A stretch of 62,348 bases of DNA, filler included, from Sluysia triapertura (lineage: Eukaryota), in the NCBI GenBank assembly GCA_046118255.1. It is 5 parts of 5 records of this genome, joined end to end, with 100 filler letters (N's around TTAATTAATTAA, not from the genome) between each part and the next. Parts side by side here need not be neighbours in the genome. Positions count along the whole stretch, not along the records: positions 13,312 to 27,390 come from JBJNIA010006772.1; positions 27,491 to 39,621 come from JBJNIA010136396.1; 3 more parts are not named here. One strand, given 5' to 3'. This document shows positions 25,461 to 39,721 of this stretch, one piece after another. Positions within the stretch are counted from its first letter, which is position 1, and each line of letters opens with the position of its first letter. Both the position numbers and the translations under genes were made by a program. Below the pieces are notes generated by a model. The model made no database searches. It saw only the letters and a list, made by a program, of their open reading frames with translations, and had not been told where the DNA came from.

Positions 25461-27390
25461 TATCGTTTTACAATACTAATTAATTATCGTTTTGGAAAAG
25501 TATTTTCACTTTATTATAATTCATTTTATAATTCGATGTACAAATTAATATTTGTTTGTCTCTGCTAGGATTCGTTTTTTTAGCGATTTTCCATGTGTTA
25601 TTGGTATAAAATTTTGGAGATTAATTCGTTAAATTTGAATATCAAATGCACTTTTTCTTCTAAAAGCTTAAGGTAATGAATTAACAAATCTTTTAGAACC
25701 AATTTTATTTTTCTTTAAATTTTGCTGGGTGATTTACACGAAAACATGTTATAATATGCAGAATAATATACATGAAAACTAACAGTAGTAATAGCAGTTA
25801 AGTCACTTGAGAAGTTATAGCTAATTCCAGAATTATGATCTAAAGTATTATTCAAATGACCGTAAATATTAGCTGATGTCGAAATTGGCTTTTTATTGAT
25901 AGGTGCATTTAGAGAAAATAGGACTATCTTTACAAAAACTCCAAAAGGTTTTTATATCACAGTAATTACTCTGTTCAGATTCGTCAGTTTTTAACAAATG
26001 ATTGCAATAGATTAATTCCCTTGCTGAATCAGCTACAATAGATTGATGACTTGAACAGTCTACAAGAATGAAAATTAAATAATAGGTAGTAAATCAGTAA
26101 ATCGTCAGAACGAAAATAAATGAATGTTTACTTTTGTAATCTAAATTAATAAACTTTTAATAAAAGAGACAGTTGTTAATTTTGGAATCGCAATTAATAA
26201 TTTCACTTTAGATTTAGACACATAATTTGCCTTAAACATATCTAAATAAGAAATGAGTATTTCATCAATTTTAACCTTTAGCTGTTCAAATAATTCTATT
26301 GATGAGTGTAATTCATATAGAGGAGTTTTTCTTAAACCATACGAAATAGAATGCGTATTTACATTTCATAATCTCTATATGCGAATAAGTCGGGTTGCAA
26401 TCGTCATTATCTTTTATTAGCTTTTCAAGCAACAAGAACCATGAATATTGTATTTAGAAATTAGAGCCAACATTTGAACATGTTAATTCTTTTTCATTCA
26501 TATTCATAGAATGTGCTTGAATAAAAATCATTTGATATAAATACGTAGGTAAAATAATAATAGCGGTAAAATAACGTAAAATAATTATGAAAAATGACAT
26601 CAGTACAGCTTATTCAGAAACCGTGAAAGAATTATAGTAATATAAAACGATAGAACGAACAATGATGCAATAATAAATGTAAAGATTTGCAAAGTATATT
26701 TTGTATAATATGCATAATTTACAATAAAAGTTTAATACTTAGATTCATTAGAAATTTAATGGTTTTAATAAAATTTATAAAAGGTTTTTTGACCAAAATA
26801 ATACAATTTATTTTAATGATAATAAATATGGTATAAACGTTTAATTGGATCAGTATAGGATGTACGAATATAAATATAAATAACAGTAAAAATCGCACAG
26901 AAAACGATTTCACATTAGAGTTTTATGTCGTCTTACAGAATTGCATTGTAGATGGTTGAGTTTATTAGATCCATCCTTACTTTATGCTTCTTTATTCTTT
27001 GATACCTGATATTGGTGAGCGATTTTTAAATAATAGATCACAAAAAACATTATATAAAAGTTTATAATAATTTTGACAAATTATTTCTTAAACATTGTTA
27101 TAAGTTACAAAACTTATTCAATAATAAATGAACGAAATAAATTTAATTCAATATTTTAAATTAAAATTATTAATTCTTTTCGAATATTTTTATTTTCTTT
27201 TAAAATAAATGCCTGAAGTAGTAATGAATAATTTATATATTTATAGATAAAATATGGCAATAATCAATCATTATGAGACCTTGATTGATATTTTTTAAAA
27301 TTGATTTAATATGGCAATCTGAAACTTTGTTATTAATTGAATTAATAACGTAACAAATGCACTTTTATTTAATTATAAATTCTGTCTTAT

Positions 27391-27490
27391 NNNNNNNNNN
27401 NNNNNNNNNNNNNNNNNNNNNNNNNNNNNNNNNNTTAATTAATTAANNNNNNNNNNNNNNNNNNNNNNNNNNNNNNNNNNNNNNNNNNNN
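27391..27490. other. Artificial contig spacer
   Basis: N44-TTAATTAATTAA-N44. Confidence 0.99.
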
Positions 27491-28479
27491 ATAGAATAAC
27501 CTTCAGATATAATCGAATTTAAATAAAGAGATAAAGGTTAAAGACCGAAACAGATTTTCACATTGGTATAAGTTGTAAAATAATAAATTATATATCTATA
27601 AATTAAACCGTATAAAAATATTTATTACAATATCAACAAATGAATGAAATTTTAATCAACGAAGATTTTAATATGTTTCGTAAAAGTGAACCAGAAATTT
27701 TAAATCGGGATTTTAATTAGGCTCAATTCAAATTTTAATTAATAATAATGAAATACTAAATTAAGATGAAATTATATTAAATAAAATAGATACAAGTTTT
27801 AACTAGATTACTAGAAAATAATCTTAGGGTAATATATTTAAAAAATATTTTAATTAGCTACTTTAATAAAGAATATATTAATTCAAAAAAGATTTTTCGT
27901 GGAAGAATTCCTAATTAATTAAACTAATGATAAAAAGATACAATCTTTTCGATTTTAGTAAGACAGTTCTGGAACGCGGATTTGTTTTCTAAAATCATTA
28001 TATAAAAATTTTTAAGAATTTTAATTGTGTATTGATTTGTGTAAGTATTGGTACAATGTTCTATCTTAAATATCAGAAAAGCGACCTTGAAAGTCAATAG
28101 TTATTTTAAACAAAAACGATAACTATTTTAAACAAATTAGAATAATAAAAAAGCAATTTTAAATTCTTGTATTCCCATAAATTAAATTATTTTATATTGT
28201 TATTTATAAAAATGATTTTAAGTATATTTTACTTATTATTTATAAAATGATTTTAGAATTAATTAAAAATATTTTACTTACTTTAAAATGTTAAATTTCC
28301 GTTATTAAAAATCAATAAATCTGACAAACTAATCAATATTGAATGAATTAAAATATTGTTCTTTTGTGTATGAATTAATATACATACTGACATTGTTACA
28401 TATTTTCATAAATCGATATTCTAAATATAGCTGCATATTTACATCATTATGCCATTCGGGAAAATTATTCTCTAAAATG

Positions 28480-29385
28480 TTATTCAGAATGTCATAGTCA
28501 TAATCAATGTTATCTTCGTCAACTTCTTCTTTGTTAATACTTTCCTTCTCGCTGGATCGTCGCTCAGGTCGATGACATCGAGATCAACTGTTGAATCTGT
28601 GCTCAATCGTAGTCTCTTTTCTGGAGTCGTTTCTTCGACATTGGTAGTATGTTATATCGGTTTGTGATGTATGTTTTCTGGAGAATAAGGAAGTGGTGTT
28701 GAGAACTTATATTTATTGTATGTGTTATCAGCACAACAATCGTCTTGTATGTATGATGTTTCTAAATTAGAAGAAGAAGGTTTTTGCGATGTAGTTATGT
28801 TGTGTCAAAAAGTATCAGAAATAGCAGATAAAGTTAAAGTATTATCGACCTGCGGTAAAAATGAGGAATCCCTAGATATGATAGTGTCATATAAAGCCAC
28901 TAAGTCTTTTTCTAATTGTTGGCATTTAACCAATGGAGGGAAAGTATATAATAATTTCATAACTTTCCTAGTTTTAGAAATCTGCTTCAGTGAAGTTTGC
29001 GCTATTAAATTGGTGCATATATGATTAATGATCCCTTTAACCATCCGTATGGGATGTGCAGTGTTTTAATTATTATTTCTGGAAAAGGCGATACTATAAT
29101 CTTATTATAAATGGCAGCCAACCAATCTGAAATAAATATTTGGCTCTCTTTAAATGTTCTTCTTTCATTCTATGGTCGATAGTCAAGAATTTTTTATCCG
29201 AATTCTAGTCTTAATAGTACTTCTCCATTGAATAGTTTCTGATAGGGTATGGAGCACATTTTAAGTACATGATACCTAACGAAAATTACGTGGAGACAAA
29301 GATAAGATGTTTGTAGATCGTGTGTGTATGTTACATCTTCCTTCCAATTGTATAGGTTAATTTCATCCTTATATATATAATAATA
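28480..29385 (-). pseudogene. Unknown P(F/Y)GWLKG-family protein, decayed copy A
   Basis: YKDEINLYNWKEDVTYTH..YNKIIVSPFPEIIIKTLHIPYGWLKG/IINHICTN..ISKTRKVMKLLYTFPPLVKCQQLEKDLVALYDTIISRDSSF aligns with 56525-57829. Confidence 0.75.
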
Positions 29386-30573
29386 AACTTTAGTGATTTT
29401 GCAGTTTTTAAATTAAATTATTTTACGCAAATAAATCCTAACGACCGTCGTGAAGAAACGTTAAAATTGTTTAAAATTATATTTTGCAGTAAGGTAAGCT
29501 TAAAAGAAAATTTAATTAATTTAAATTAATATTTACGTAACAAAAATAATACGTACAGAATAATACAGATGATGATAATCCGACAAATTTTAATAATAAA
29601 ATTTCGACGATAATTTCCGTTAAATTTCCGTTGACTCCAGTTTATCATCTTCCAACAATTACTCGAAAATAATTGTTTTTTGACCAATAATCATTTTATC
29701 TTATTAACATAATACTATCAAAATTTAACGTGGTTATTATAAAAATGTGCACTGTTTGAATAATATATCAATTTAAATTAAACATAGAATAAATTAATTA
29801 CAAAACTTATAATAATTCTTAATACTTTAATGCGTTAACAGTATGTTAAACGTCGATTTCAATAACATATTTGATTTGGTATCTTAATTCGATCTATACT
29901 TTTATCATAAATAAACATTGCAACATGTATAAATTTAAATTTATATTACAGAAAAACTTTTTACGTTATGTATATCGATGTGTTTCGTAACATTTAAATA
30001 TTAGTAATACTGATAAATTTTAGCAAAGATATACGAAATCAAAGCAATTTTTAATTGAGTTAATTAATAAATGTACTTTTATATGTTCAAGAAAAAGACC
30101 TTATAGATGATTTTTTTTCTTCGTCTATTTCTTCCTTTTTATTTTAATTTAAATATTTTACAAACGTACCCAATTAACTCTCGTTTTGTTCTTATATTAT
30201 AAGCTATAACACTCATGTTTACTTTCATTTTAATATTTTAATATTCTTTGTTTTTTGTCTTTAAATATTTCATATTATGTTTTGTTGGTTACTTAATGAT
30301 AAAAAATATTGACATTTTCAAGCAATTTGTTGAAGCTTGTCTTTCTTTTGTATTAAAATGATTATAAATTCCTGAAATAGTACAAAGAAAATGTATTCCC
30401 AACATTCTCGTATCACAAACAGTATCTAACAATGGAAGAGCATGGCAACATTTAATAATTTGAATTACTGTTCTAAAACATTACAAAAATATTAGGTTGT
30501 AATTTTATTTTGCAGCTACTAAATTATTACTGTGGTTTCTTAACTCTTAATCTACGACAAAATATTTTCGAAC

Positions 30574-30626
30574 AGGGTCCGGCTACAGTATAGGATTTAT
30601 GACATGAAGTGGACGCATCTGTAAGT
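30574..30626 (+). ncRNA. Motif M copy 6, preceded by motif D at 30528
   Basis: AGGGTCCG GCTACAG TA TAGG ATTTAT GACATGAAGT GGA CGCA T CTGTAAGT; P1 TACAG/CTGTA, P2 decayed. Confidence 0.5.
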
Positions 30627-30725
30627 AAAGCTGACAGTATTCAATAATAATTTGCGTTGATTCCTAAAATTCTATAATTTATCTGTGAGAATTTTAAATT
30701 TGTTTTTTGAAAACTAATAATATAT

Positions 30726-30776
30726 TGAGTCCTCTATGACACTGCGCTTACGCACTTAAGGGCCAGCACATAGATG
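30726..30776 (+). ncRNA. Motif M copy 7
   Basis: TGAGTCC TCTATG ACA CTGC GCTTAC GCACTTAA GGG CCAG CA CATAGA; P1 TCTATG/CATAGA perfect. Confidence 0.55.
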
Positions 30777-31123
30777 TCAGCAATAAGATGAAATGAAATT
30801 GGAGGTGAAGGATATATTGTTTTTCAGTTTTTCTGCTATTTTGAATGAGATTTTAATTCTGATCTAGCAAGATCTTATTTAGAATATTTTATTTTAACAA
30901 ATACTTTAATAGTTTTTTAATTTATTATTTTTCGGAAAGAATGCTTTACAATTGATTCGAATTCTTATATTCTTTCTTCAAGTAATATATTCAAAACAAA
31001 AAAAATGCACAATTATTAAATTAATAATACAATGTAATTAAATTAACAAAATATATATGTATGTAATTTATCAATAAAAATATTATATAACAGAATAATA
31101 GTAATTAATTAATATAATAATAA

Positions 31124-31154
<31 letters not shown>

Positions 31155-31899
31155 TTTTCAATTTTAAATTAAATTGGCGAAGAAAATTTTGCACAATTTA
31201 AATTTAGATTTTCTTAACTTTTTATAAAATGTTATAACTAAATTAACAACTTGAATCAACTAACGATTGAATTAGATTATGTCTAAATTCAGTAGCTCGA
31301 TAAACTCCTTTGTATAATTTTACAATCGATAAATTTCTAATTACCGCATACAATTTTAAAAATCCTCCAACAAATCTTTATAAAATTTTCCTTTGTTAAA
31401 TCATATTGTGTAAATTTTTGTGAGTTGTTATCTATCAGTAAGACAATAATAGTTATATTTTATGAGAATTATTTCTACATGAATGCTAATAATATGTATT
31501 TTTATAATACTAGTAATATACTTTTTTAATAATATTAATGATAATAATAATTAACAATAAATAATAATTTCAATAACAATTATTTAAATTTAAACATTTT
31601 TATATTTGCACATTAATTTTATATTTTTTATCTGACATCTCGTTATACCGTGTAAATCCTAATCAAAACATATAATTAATACTCAAAAATCAATGTGTAA
31701 CTTCTCGAATGTGAGATTTTAATCAAATGGGTGTGAATGTATCTAACTTTTATTTTAAAAAACTTATGAATTTTTACAAATTTACATATTTATAATTAAG
31801 AAATAAGACAACATAAAGAAAATGAAAATAAAAAACACAATAATTTAAAATTAAAGCCTTGTTAGGCCTTTATTTATTGCTTTTGTAATGTTAAAAATA

Positions 31900-31963
31900 G
31901 ATTTTGACCCTAATTACATGGAGGTTTAAAATGTGTATTAAAAGTGATTTTGAGTCTATTTTG
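31900..31963 (+). other. Motif C hairpin
   Basis: GATTTTGACCC..GAGGTTTAAAATGT..GATTTTGAGTCTATTTTG. Confidence 0.5.
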
Positions 31964-32713
31964 TCACAACACACATGTCATCACTAACTTTGTTAATCGT
32001 CACACACATGTTACTAATTTTATAAAAAATCAATAATATATATTAATTTGTATAGGTGAATAATATTTGTTGGATATTTGGATATTTATATTAATATTTC
32101 GACAGTTAAATAATATTTCTAGTTGGACATTTGATAATAATTTGTTAATTGTTGTGAGTAATTTTACATTTATAAATTTTATATTAAAATAAATTTCAAA
32201 AAAGAAAAAGTTGACTAACATTAAACATCTGAAGGTTCTAACTTAAGAGAACCTTCGTGTTCTAAATAAAACAATTAAGATCTAAATAAGATCTGGAGAC
32301 GTGTTCTAAATAAAACAATTAGATTAAAGTTTTAAAATCTTTACAATTTTAATGCTTAAACTTCTAAAGTTAACAAAAATAATTATTAATTAAAGCAAAT
32401 CCGAAAAATCCAATTTCTACCAGGATAATTAAATGGAATTGTATATTTTTGCTTCTAACCAAATTGTTTTAAAATCTTGTTGCCATCAATTGATGATTAA
32501 ATTAATTAATTTAACACTTAATTAAAACTTATTTAAGAAAAACCTAATTTATATTTTAAACTGGTTCTGGTCATCTCATCTACATTGCACAAATTCTAAC
32601 TTGTAGTAAGTGTGTTTATAGTCCAGGTTGACAAAGCAATTTAAATAATTTAGTCGTACATTATTGTGCTGTGGTTTTCTTAACTCCTAATTTACGGTAA
32701 AATAAATTTTAGC

Positions 32714-32765
32714 AGAATACTGTTACAGTAAACAACTTACTACGTAGATTGGGCATTCCTGGAAC
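32714..32765 (+). ncRNA. Motif M copy 8 (decayed), with motif D at 32668 and motif C at 33036
   Basis: GTTACAG TA AACA ACTTAC TACGTAGATT GGG CATT C CTGGAAC. Confidence 0.45.
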
Positions 32766-33402
32766 TACAATTTACAAATTTCTTAAATGAATGATTATCT
32801 TTTATTTTTTATTTAGAAGATTCACTTACTCTGGCTTTCAAATTCAATTAATTATCCTTCATATTTTCTGTACCAAATCTACTATAATCCAATAAAAATT
32901 ATATCAATGACACGAACTTTTATTAACGTTAATAATTATAAAATAAAGGTAAAAAACAGAATAAAAATGTGTCGTTAAAATTTAGAATTAAACTTCTATA
33001 AGCTTTTAATATATACAATTTAACTTTTTAAATTAGATTTTAACCCTAAGTAAATCTGGGACTAAAAATATAACAGTTAGACTAAGTATAATTTAGTATT
33101 TCATCTTTTGAAATAACATACCAAATTACAAATAAATAAACAATTCCGCGACGACAAAATCAAATTGTCCCACATAAAATAATGATTGTAATTATCAAGA
33201 AATTTAAATTACTACGAAAAATAATTGTTAAAAGTCTGGAAATCGATATCTTCAACTTGTAAAGTGTCTTTGTCTTGATTAATTATGGTCGTTTACGATT
33301 TTGCTGTGTCAAATTGATTTCTAGAACTGTCTTGAAAATTCTTTTTCTTTTTTCGTAAATTAAAGCAAAAATTAAAAATTAATTGATTATTTTTTATATT
33401 AG

Positions 33403-33507
33403 GACGCTAACGAATCAGTTCCATTGTTTGTAGCAGCAGAAAACGGTCATTTGGCAGCAGTCCAGTTATTATTATCATATGGTGCTTCGGTGGATTTACT
33501 TTCGAAA
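33403..33507 (+). CDS. Ankyrin-repeat gene, internal exon
   Basis: AG|DANESVPLFVAAENGHLAAVQLLLSYGASVDLLSK|GT, phase 0, no stops. Confidence 0.9.
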
Positions 33508-34087
33508 GTACATTTATGATAACATTACCAAATCATATTTCATATAAAACGTAATCATAGCCGTACTACTAAAATATGTGCAATTAGTAAAGTAAAGTTT
33601 AGATAAGTAACGTTTACAACAAAAGTTAACTTAAATAAACTATAATTTACAGAAATTTCTATTTTAAAATTGGTTTTCGAGACAACAAATATAATTGCTT
33701 TCAGATTTATTTATTTCCAGTTCAAGGTCATCGCAATTTTCAAATTGAGCATTATCATAAATATTATGTCATTCAATTTTAAATGATCATCAAAAATATG
33801 TTTTCATTATTTTTTAATTAATTAACAATTTTGTGTGTACATTCGAATATTGCATAGTGTTGGCATCAAAATTTCATCAAGGTAAAATCTCCATTGGATA
33901 ATATCATTAATCATCACACGTTGATTCTGCTTTCAGAATTAATTATTATCTATATTGAAATTTAATTATATTAATTATGAGAGTTTAGAACAAATTATTA
34001 TTACTTTTATCATTATCATATCACTATTATTACTGTTATTATTATTATTATTCTTATTATTATTATTAATTATTATTATTGTTTTAG

Positions 34088-34186
34088 AATATGACCACAC
34101 CTTTGCAGATTGCCTGTCAAAAAGCTTACAAGGATATAGTTAATGTCTTGCTTGATAATAATGCAAATATCGACGCTCAAAATGAA
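34088..34186 (+). CDS. Ankyrin-repeat gene, 99-nt internal exon
   Basis: AG|NMTTPLQIACQKAYKDIVNVLLDNNANIDAQNE|GTAAGT, the typical one-repeat phase-0 exon. Confidence 0.92.
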
Positions 34187-34303
34187 GTAAGTTTAGCTCT
34201 TCAAAATCAAAATATAATTATTACAATATTATATAATTATATATTTAGAAAAGAAATCTATTACTTATTACTTAACCTACCACTAAATGATTAGAAAATA
34301 TTA

Positions 34304-34358
34304 TGAGTTAGCCTATGATCCTAGACTTACACACTGAAGGGCTAGTTCTTAGGATTTT
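34304..34358 (+). ncRNA. Motif M copy 9 (just 3' of an ankyrin exon donor)
   Basis: TGAGTTAG CCTATGA TC CTAG ACTTAC ACACTGAA GGG CTAG T TCTTAGG ATTTT; P2 CTAG/CTAG. Confidence 0.55.
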
Positions 34359-34942
34359 AAATATGAAATATTGACAAAATATTTGTGGAATTCATTGTAA
34401 TTGATTAGACTTCTGCTTTCAAGGTGAGATTAAAAATTGATATTTTATATCTCATCTATAGAAAATAAAATATTTTACAATTTGGCCTTAAAAACCGATT
34501 ACATGCAGTAATGTGATTTTAAAAATTCATTTGAAACTATAAAAGTTAGATTAAGATTCCGCTTAATGAGATTTTAAGTAAGATCCTATTGAAAAGGATA
34601 ATGATAAATAATTTATGTTAATATCGGCTTTCTTGGTAATGTTGATTTGGTAACGTAACACTGATTTGGTGGATTATTCTACCTTATATAAAAACAGCGT
34701 TATAGTAATAATTTATTATTTAAATAATGACGTATTTTACTACCGATTTAAAATTTGGTTATGAGAGTAATGTTGCTGATAATTGTAGCAGATAAGTGTT
34801 AAAAGATCAATCAATTTTCTGATCAACTAGTTCCCATTTTTAATAATCTGTTTTGAGAATAGTATTTATGCCAGTTTTAAGGTCATCATCTTAGATATTT
34901 TAACATGATCCAGCATGATTCATTTTTATAACTTAAATACAA

Positions 34943-34995
<53 letters not shown>

Positions 34996-37900
34996 TATTA
35001 TTATTACTATTATTATTATTAGATTTTATACAGATTTTTATTATTCTAAAATCATTAATCGTTAGCTTTTTTTTAGCTTAAATTCATTTTCTAAATAAAA
35101 TATATATGGATTAAATCATAAAAATATAAAAATAATAAACATATATACAAAATTATTTTAAAAAATACATAAAAATATACATATGTACAAAGTTACCGTG
35201 ACACATGTCATCGTGGTAAGCGGTTAGATGTTATTTTTCTATTGGCAAAGATTAAATGAAAGTTTAAGCCATTTTGAATTACGTTTGTCTCCCCAAATAA
35301 TTTGGCCAATAACTTCGGAATTCTACTATCATTTTCAGAGTAGAAGTAAAATATGCCCAAATAAATTGTTAAACGAATTATATGTTATCTCTACACTTAT
35401 AAACTTCCATTATTATGTTACAATGCTTGCATAATTGCTTTATCAAAATTGGTACTAGATACAATTACTCGCAGATACTTCGAGATGATGTTCACTAAAC
35501 CTTAGTCTTGTATGAGGTCATCTTAAAATGAAAATTTGAATATTAGGCTAACGTTTTCCAAACAGAATGACTGACGAAGGTTCTCGTTGATAAGCATTAT
35601 TGCCAATTCGTTTAAGAAATAACATAAAATAACTCTATTCTTAATCTAACTGAACACGTTTCTTTAATTAGTTGTACTTCGTGTATTTAGTCTTTTTTGA
35701 AAACAATAACCGAATAATGCTAAGAAATTGTTTAAATAGTGACGCTGCTAGTAAATAATCTATGAAATTACTTAAAAGAAAATTTTATTATTTCTTTTTA
35801 TGTAACATTTGGTTCTTGTCCAATCACCTCAATCTTAAAATACAGGAAAATATGGTTTATTTCCCATATTAAGTTAATTTTCCATTTAACATATAATACA
35901 TATTATTGATTTTGAATATATTTAATATGCATTTTATTGTAGACTTTTTTGTTTTTATTTTATTATACTAATTAATTGGTTTTTCAACATTTATTTCTAA
36001 ATTAGACATTCAAATAAATGTTAAATTAAGCAGAACATGTTACAATATCTCAGTTATTGATAAAATTCAGAATTAAATTTAAAATAAATTCGTATTATTG
36101 GATCAATTATTTTGTAATTTGGTATGCCTGCATTTACAAAAATTAATTAAAATTAAACAAAAATTAAGATAATTTTAAAATAAATAAAAACAATTAAAAG
36201 ACAATTAAACAAATTACAGAATGAACCAAATTCAATTATATAAATTACAAAACAAGCAAAATTCAATTATACAAATAATAAATAAATTTATTATTTATTT
36301 TTACAAACACTAAGTACTTAACAAAGTAGTACTTAAAGAGAAGTAAATTTTATAAAAACACACAAGCAGTAGCTAAATTGGAAACTTATTCTCTCAATTT
36401 CAATTAAAGTTACATACTGTGTAAATCAATATATCAAAATCCGTGATTGAAAAGGCACATTTTTGATTTATAAATTTGTAAGTTTTTAGTAATAAGGTTT
36501 ATGGTAAAGATAAAATCGACTTTAACTTTTAATTATTTCGACGGTTAGTTTAAACTAATCAAAAAATCTAATTAATATACAGTATATGCAATAATATTTA
36601 TTATTATTACAATTGTTTCTAATTTTAGTGTGAATTTAATTGTTGAATTAATATTATGTTTAAATTAATATTGAAAAATTTCATTTACGATAATCAAAAT
36701 AAGTAAATTATGTATGATTAAAATTAAATTACACATGTAAATTATAAAATTAAAAATAGATTATAAAACAAAATTTTTTACGAGGAGAAATAATCGAGTA
36801 AATATTTAATACAAGAACAATATTCAATGCAAGAACAATGGTCCTAAGAGACTGTAATAATAATGATACCTATGGTAATGGTAAAAGTAATGACAATAGC
36901 CTATTGTTATTATCGTCGTTATTAATATTACCAAAAGCAAATAGTCAATAAAAGTATCTATTGTAAAAGTAATGATAAAAACCTATTATTATCATCATTA
37001 TAGCAAATAGTTAATAAAAGTATCTATTGTAGTGGTAAAAAGTAATGCCAAAAGCCTATTGTCATTATCGTCATTATTAATATTACTAAAAGCTTATTAT
37101 TTTATGAGAGAAATAATAATCAATGTATATTATAGAGAATAATAATAAACACGTAATAAATAAATTAGATTACAGAAAAGGACGATAACCATTAGTTTAA
37201 AAAAGCGTATTTAAAGAAACAACCAAAAGGTATTTGGTTCAATTTGCAATTATTATTTGGAGTTATTTGGTTCCATTTGAAATTATTATTCGAAGAATAT
37301 TTATTGAAGAAGAAGCTACTCGTTGAAGATAACAAAACTGCTGTTCGAGTTAAAGGCATTTGTTATATCCAGCTCAAGGTATTTGAATAATTGACAATTT
37401 ATAATTTTACTATTTAACTGAAAATTTCATCAGAATAACATTTTAAAGTGAAGTGTTAAATTTAAATTTAATTTTAAAAGAAGTTTATAAGCACCCAAAA
37501 TGTAACTACGTGTGATACATTTTATATTGTGAATATTATCCGAACTATTTTTGTAGACTTTGTATTCGTTACTTAAATTTGTTGAATAAACTTTTAGCGA
37601 GTTTAGTTTATATTATTTGATTTTTTGAGAGAGGAACTTGAATTTTAACGTTAATCAAACAAAATTGCACTCCCATCTCTGACACCAGAGACGGGTGAAC
37701 AGTAACCTCCAGATATTATTACCAATGCTAGAATAATCATCTTAAGCTCAAGTTATAATTTTAATATCTACAATTCAAGTAGAAGTCAAAGACATAAAAT
37801 TCCATAAAATTATAATTATTCTAATAGTCTGATAAAGGATCTAAAATTTGTAATCCGAGATTTCCTGTAAGAGTAAAGATACTGACGTTTCCATTGTATT

Positions 37901-38360
37901 TTGGGATAAATTGTTAAACAAACAATCTACGGTTCGTTCCGTTACTATATAAACATCACATTACGATATAGGTATCTTATCATGGAACAACCACGATCAA
38001 TTTTAGCGATCATCGAGATTCCTTAAAAACACATCCAGCAGAATTATCAAGTTTTTTTAATTTAATGTTTCATCCTAAATTGAATTTAAAAATAAAAAAA
38101 TAAAATATATTAATATTTTGTTGCTAACTTATTGTTAGTAATAAAATCTGTTTAAAATACTATAAGTATTAAGAAATAATCTTAATAATATAATCTTATT
38201 ATTTGTCATAGTGTTATAATGATATTTCTTTCTTGACTTCATTTCGTATATTTTAGTTATATTGCTATATACTTATAATTTTCTACAATATTTGTAGAAC
38301 GTACTTTAGAATTTTGTTTATAATTCGTATAATTTAAAAGTTAACCTAAATATAGAAAGT

Positions 38361-38417
38361 AATCAGAGTGATTACACCTTCCTTAGAAATATAAAATGTT
38401 CACTTTAGGCGAACCCA
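38361..38417 (-). ncRNA. Motif M divergent copy
   Basis: rc TGGGTTCG CCTAAAGTG AACA TTTTAT ATTTCTAAGGA AGG TGTA ATCACTCTG ATT; D-like GCAGGGGTTTTATTAA upstream. Confidence 0.35.
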
Positions 38418-39548
38418 AAATTAAGTTATAAAATTATTGTGCAAGTAGTTCTTTAATAAAACCCCTGCAATATAAAATTGTAACACAATAATTAAATAAA
38501 AAAGCACAACCAAGTCTCATTGGTTCGATTTTGCTATTTGATTTGTAAATTTAACTTTATGTGATTAAATGTAAATTCTCTTTGCTTCTGTTTCTAATCT
38601 TTTTATTTGTACTTTTATATAGAACTTTGAGTGTGTCTGAATATTGTTTAATATTTTAGATATCTTGTACGTACTTGAAAAATCTTTGTCTTCTATTACA
38701 TACTTAAACGTTTGATATAATATTCTAAACTTCTATGTTAATGTTATCACGTTGTATTAAACTTAACTGGAGGTATGAATTATTATACTCGTCCTCGTAG
38801 TTCAGGATAGAAGTGCTCAATAATAACCTTTTAACTTTTCAAATATTAATTTATTCTAAATTTTATTAAATCATTCCGTAATGACTCATTCCTTGTTTAA
38901 ATGTTTTAATATGATTATATGGGCTCTAATATCAACCCCTTTCATTAACTAAAAGCTAAAAAATATGCGACAAATGTTTAATTCAAGTAAAACTTAAAAA
39001 TATGTAATTCTACTAAATCAAGATAGTTAAGGTTATTTGTTAATTATTACAAATATAATCAGTATACTTATATTACTAAATTTTATGAATTCTTAATCTT
39101 AATTTATTATTTTAACTTTAGCTGAATAATTAAAAGTAGATCACAAAATGTTTAAAAATTTATGAATAAATCGATTTTAAAATTCGGACTAACAAAATAA
39201 TGATTATAAATTACCTGATCAATGGTAATTCATCAATGAATTCAGTAATACGGTTCACTACTGTCTATTCTTGCTGATCAAATATAAATAATCTTTCAAT
39301 ATATATGATTTCTCAGAATGAAATATCTTCGATCCGTTTTACTTATTACTGTATAATTTTTGTGTTTTTGGGCTTTTATACTCGCCGTTTAAATAATTCG
39401 CAGTAATATTTCAATTCAGTTCAATTTAGTTAATATTATACAACAATCAAGTACAATTTGTTAATGTAATAATAATTTATTGTACAAATCAAATAAATAA
39501 TTAATAATATTCCAACTCGATTCGATGTAACAATTTGTTAATATAATA

Positions 39549-39621
39549 CAGTGGAATCCGCTTAATCGGACCACATCTGGACACAATTTTTTTGGTCCGA
39601 TTAAGCGGCTGGTCCCATTAA
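39549..39621 (+). mobile_element. Tc1/mariner-superfamily (pogo/Tigger-like) left terminus at contig end
   Basis: TA|CAGTGGAATCCGCTTAAT with internal palindrome CCGCTTAATCGGACCA..TGGTCCGATTAAGCGG. Confidence 0.7.
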
Positions 39622-39721
39622 NNNNNNNNNNNNNNNNNNNNNNNNNNNNNNNNNNNNNNNNNNNNTTAATTAATTAANNNNNNNNNNNNNNNNNNNNNNN
39701 NNNNNNNNNNNNNNNNNNNNN
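39622..39721. other. Artificial contig spacer
   Basis: N44-TTAATTAATTAA-N44. Confidence 0.99.
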
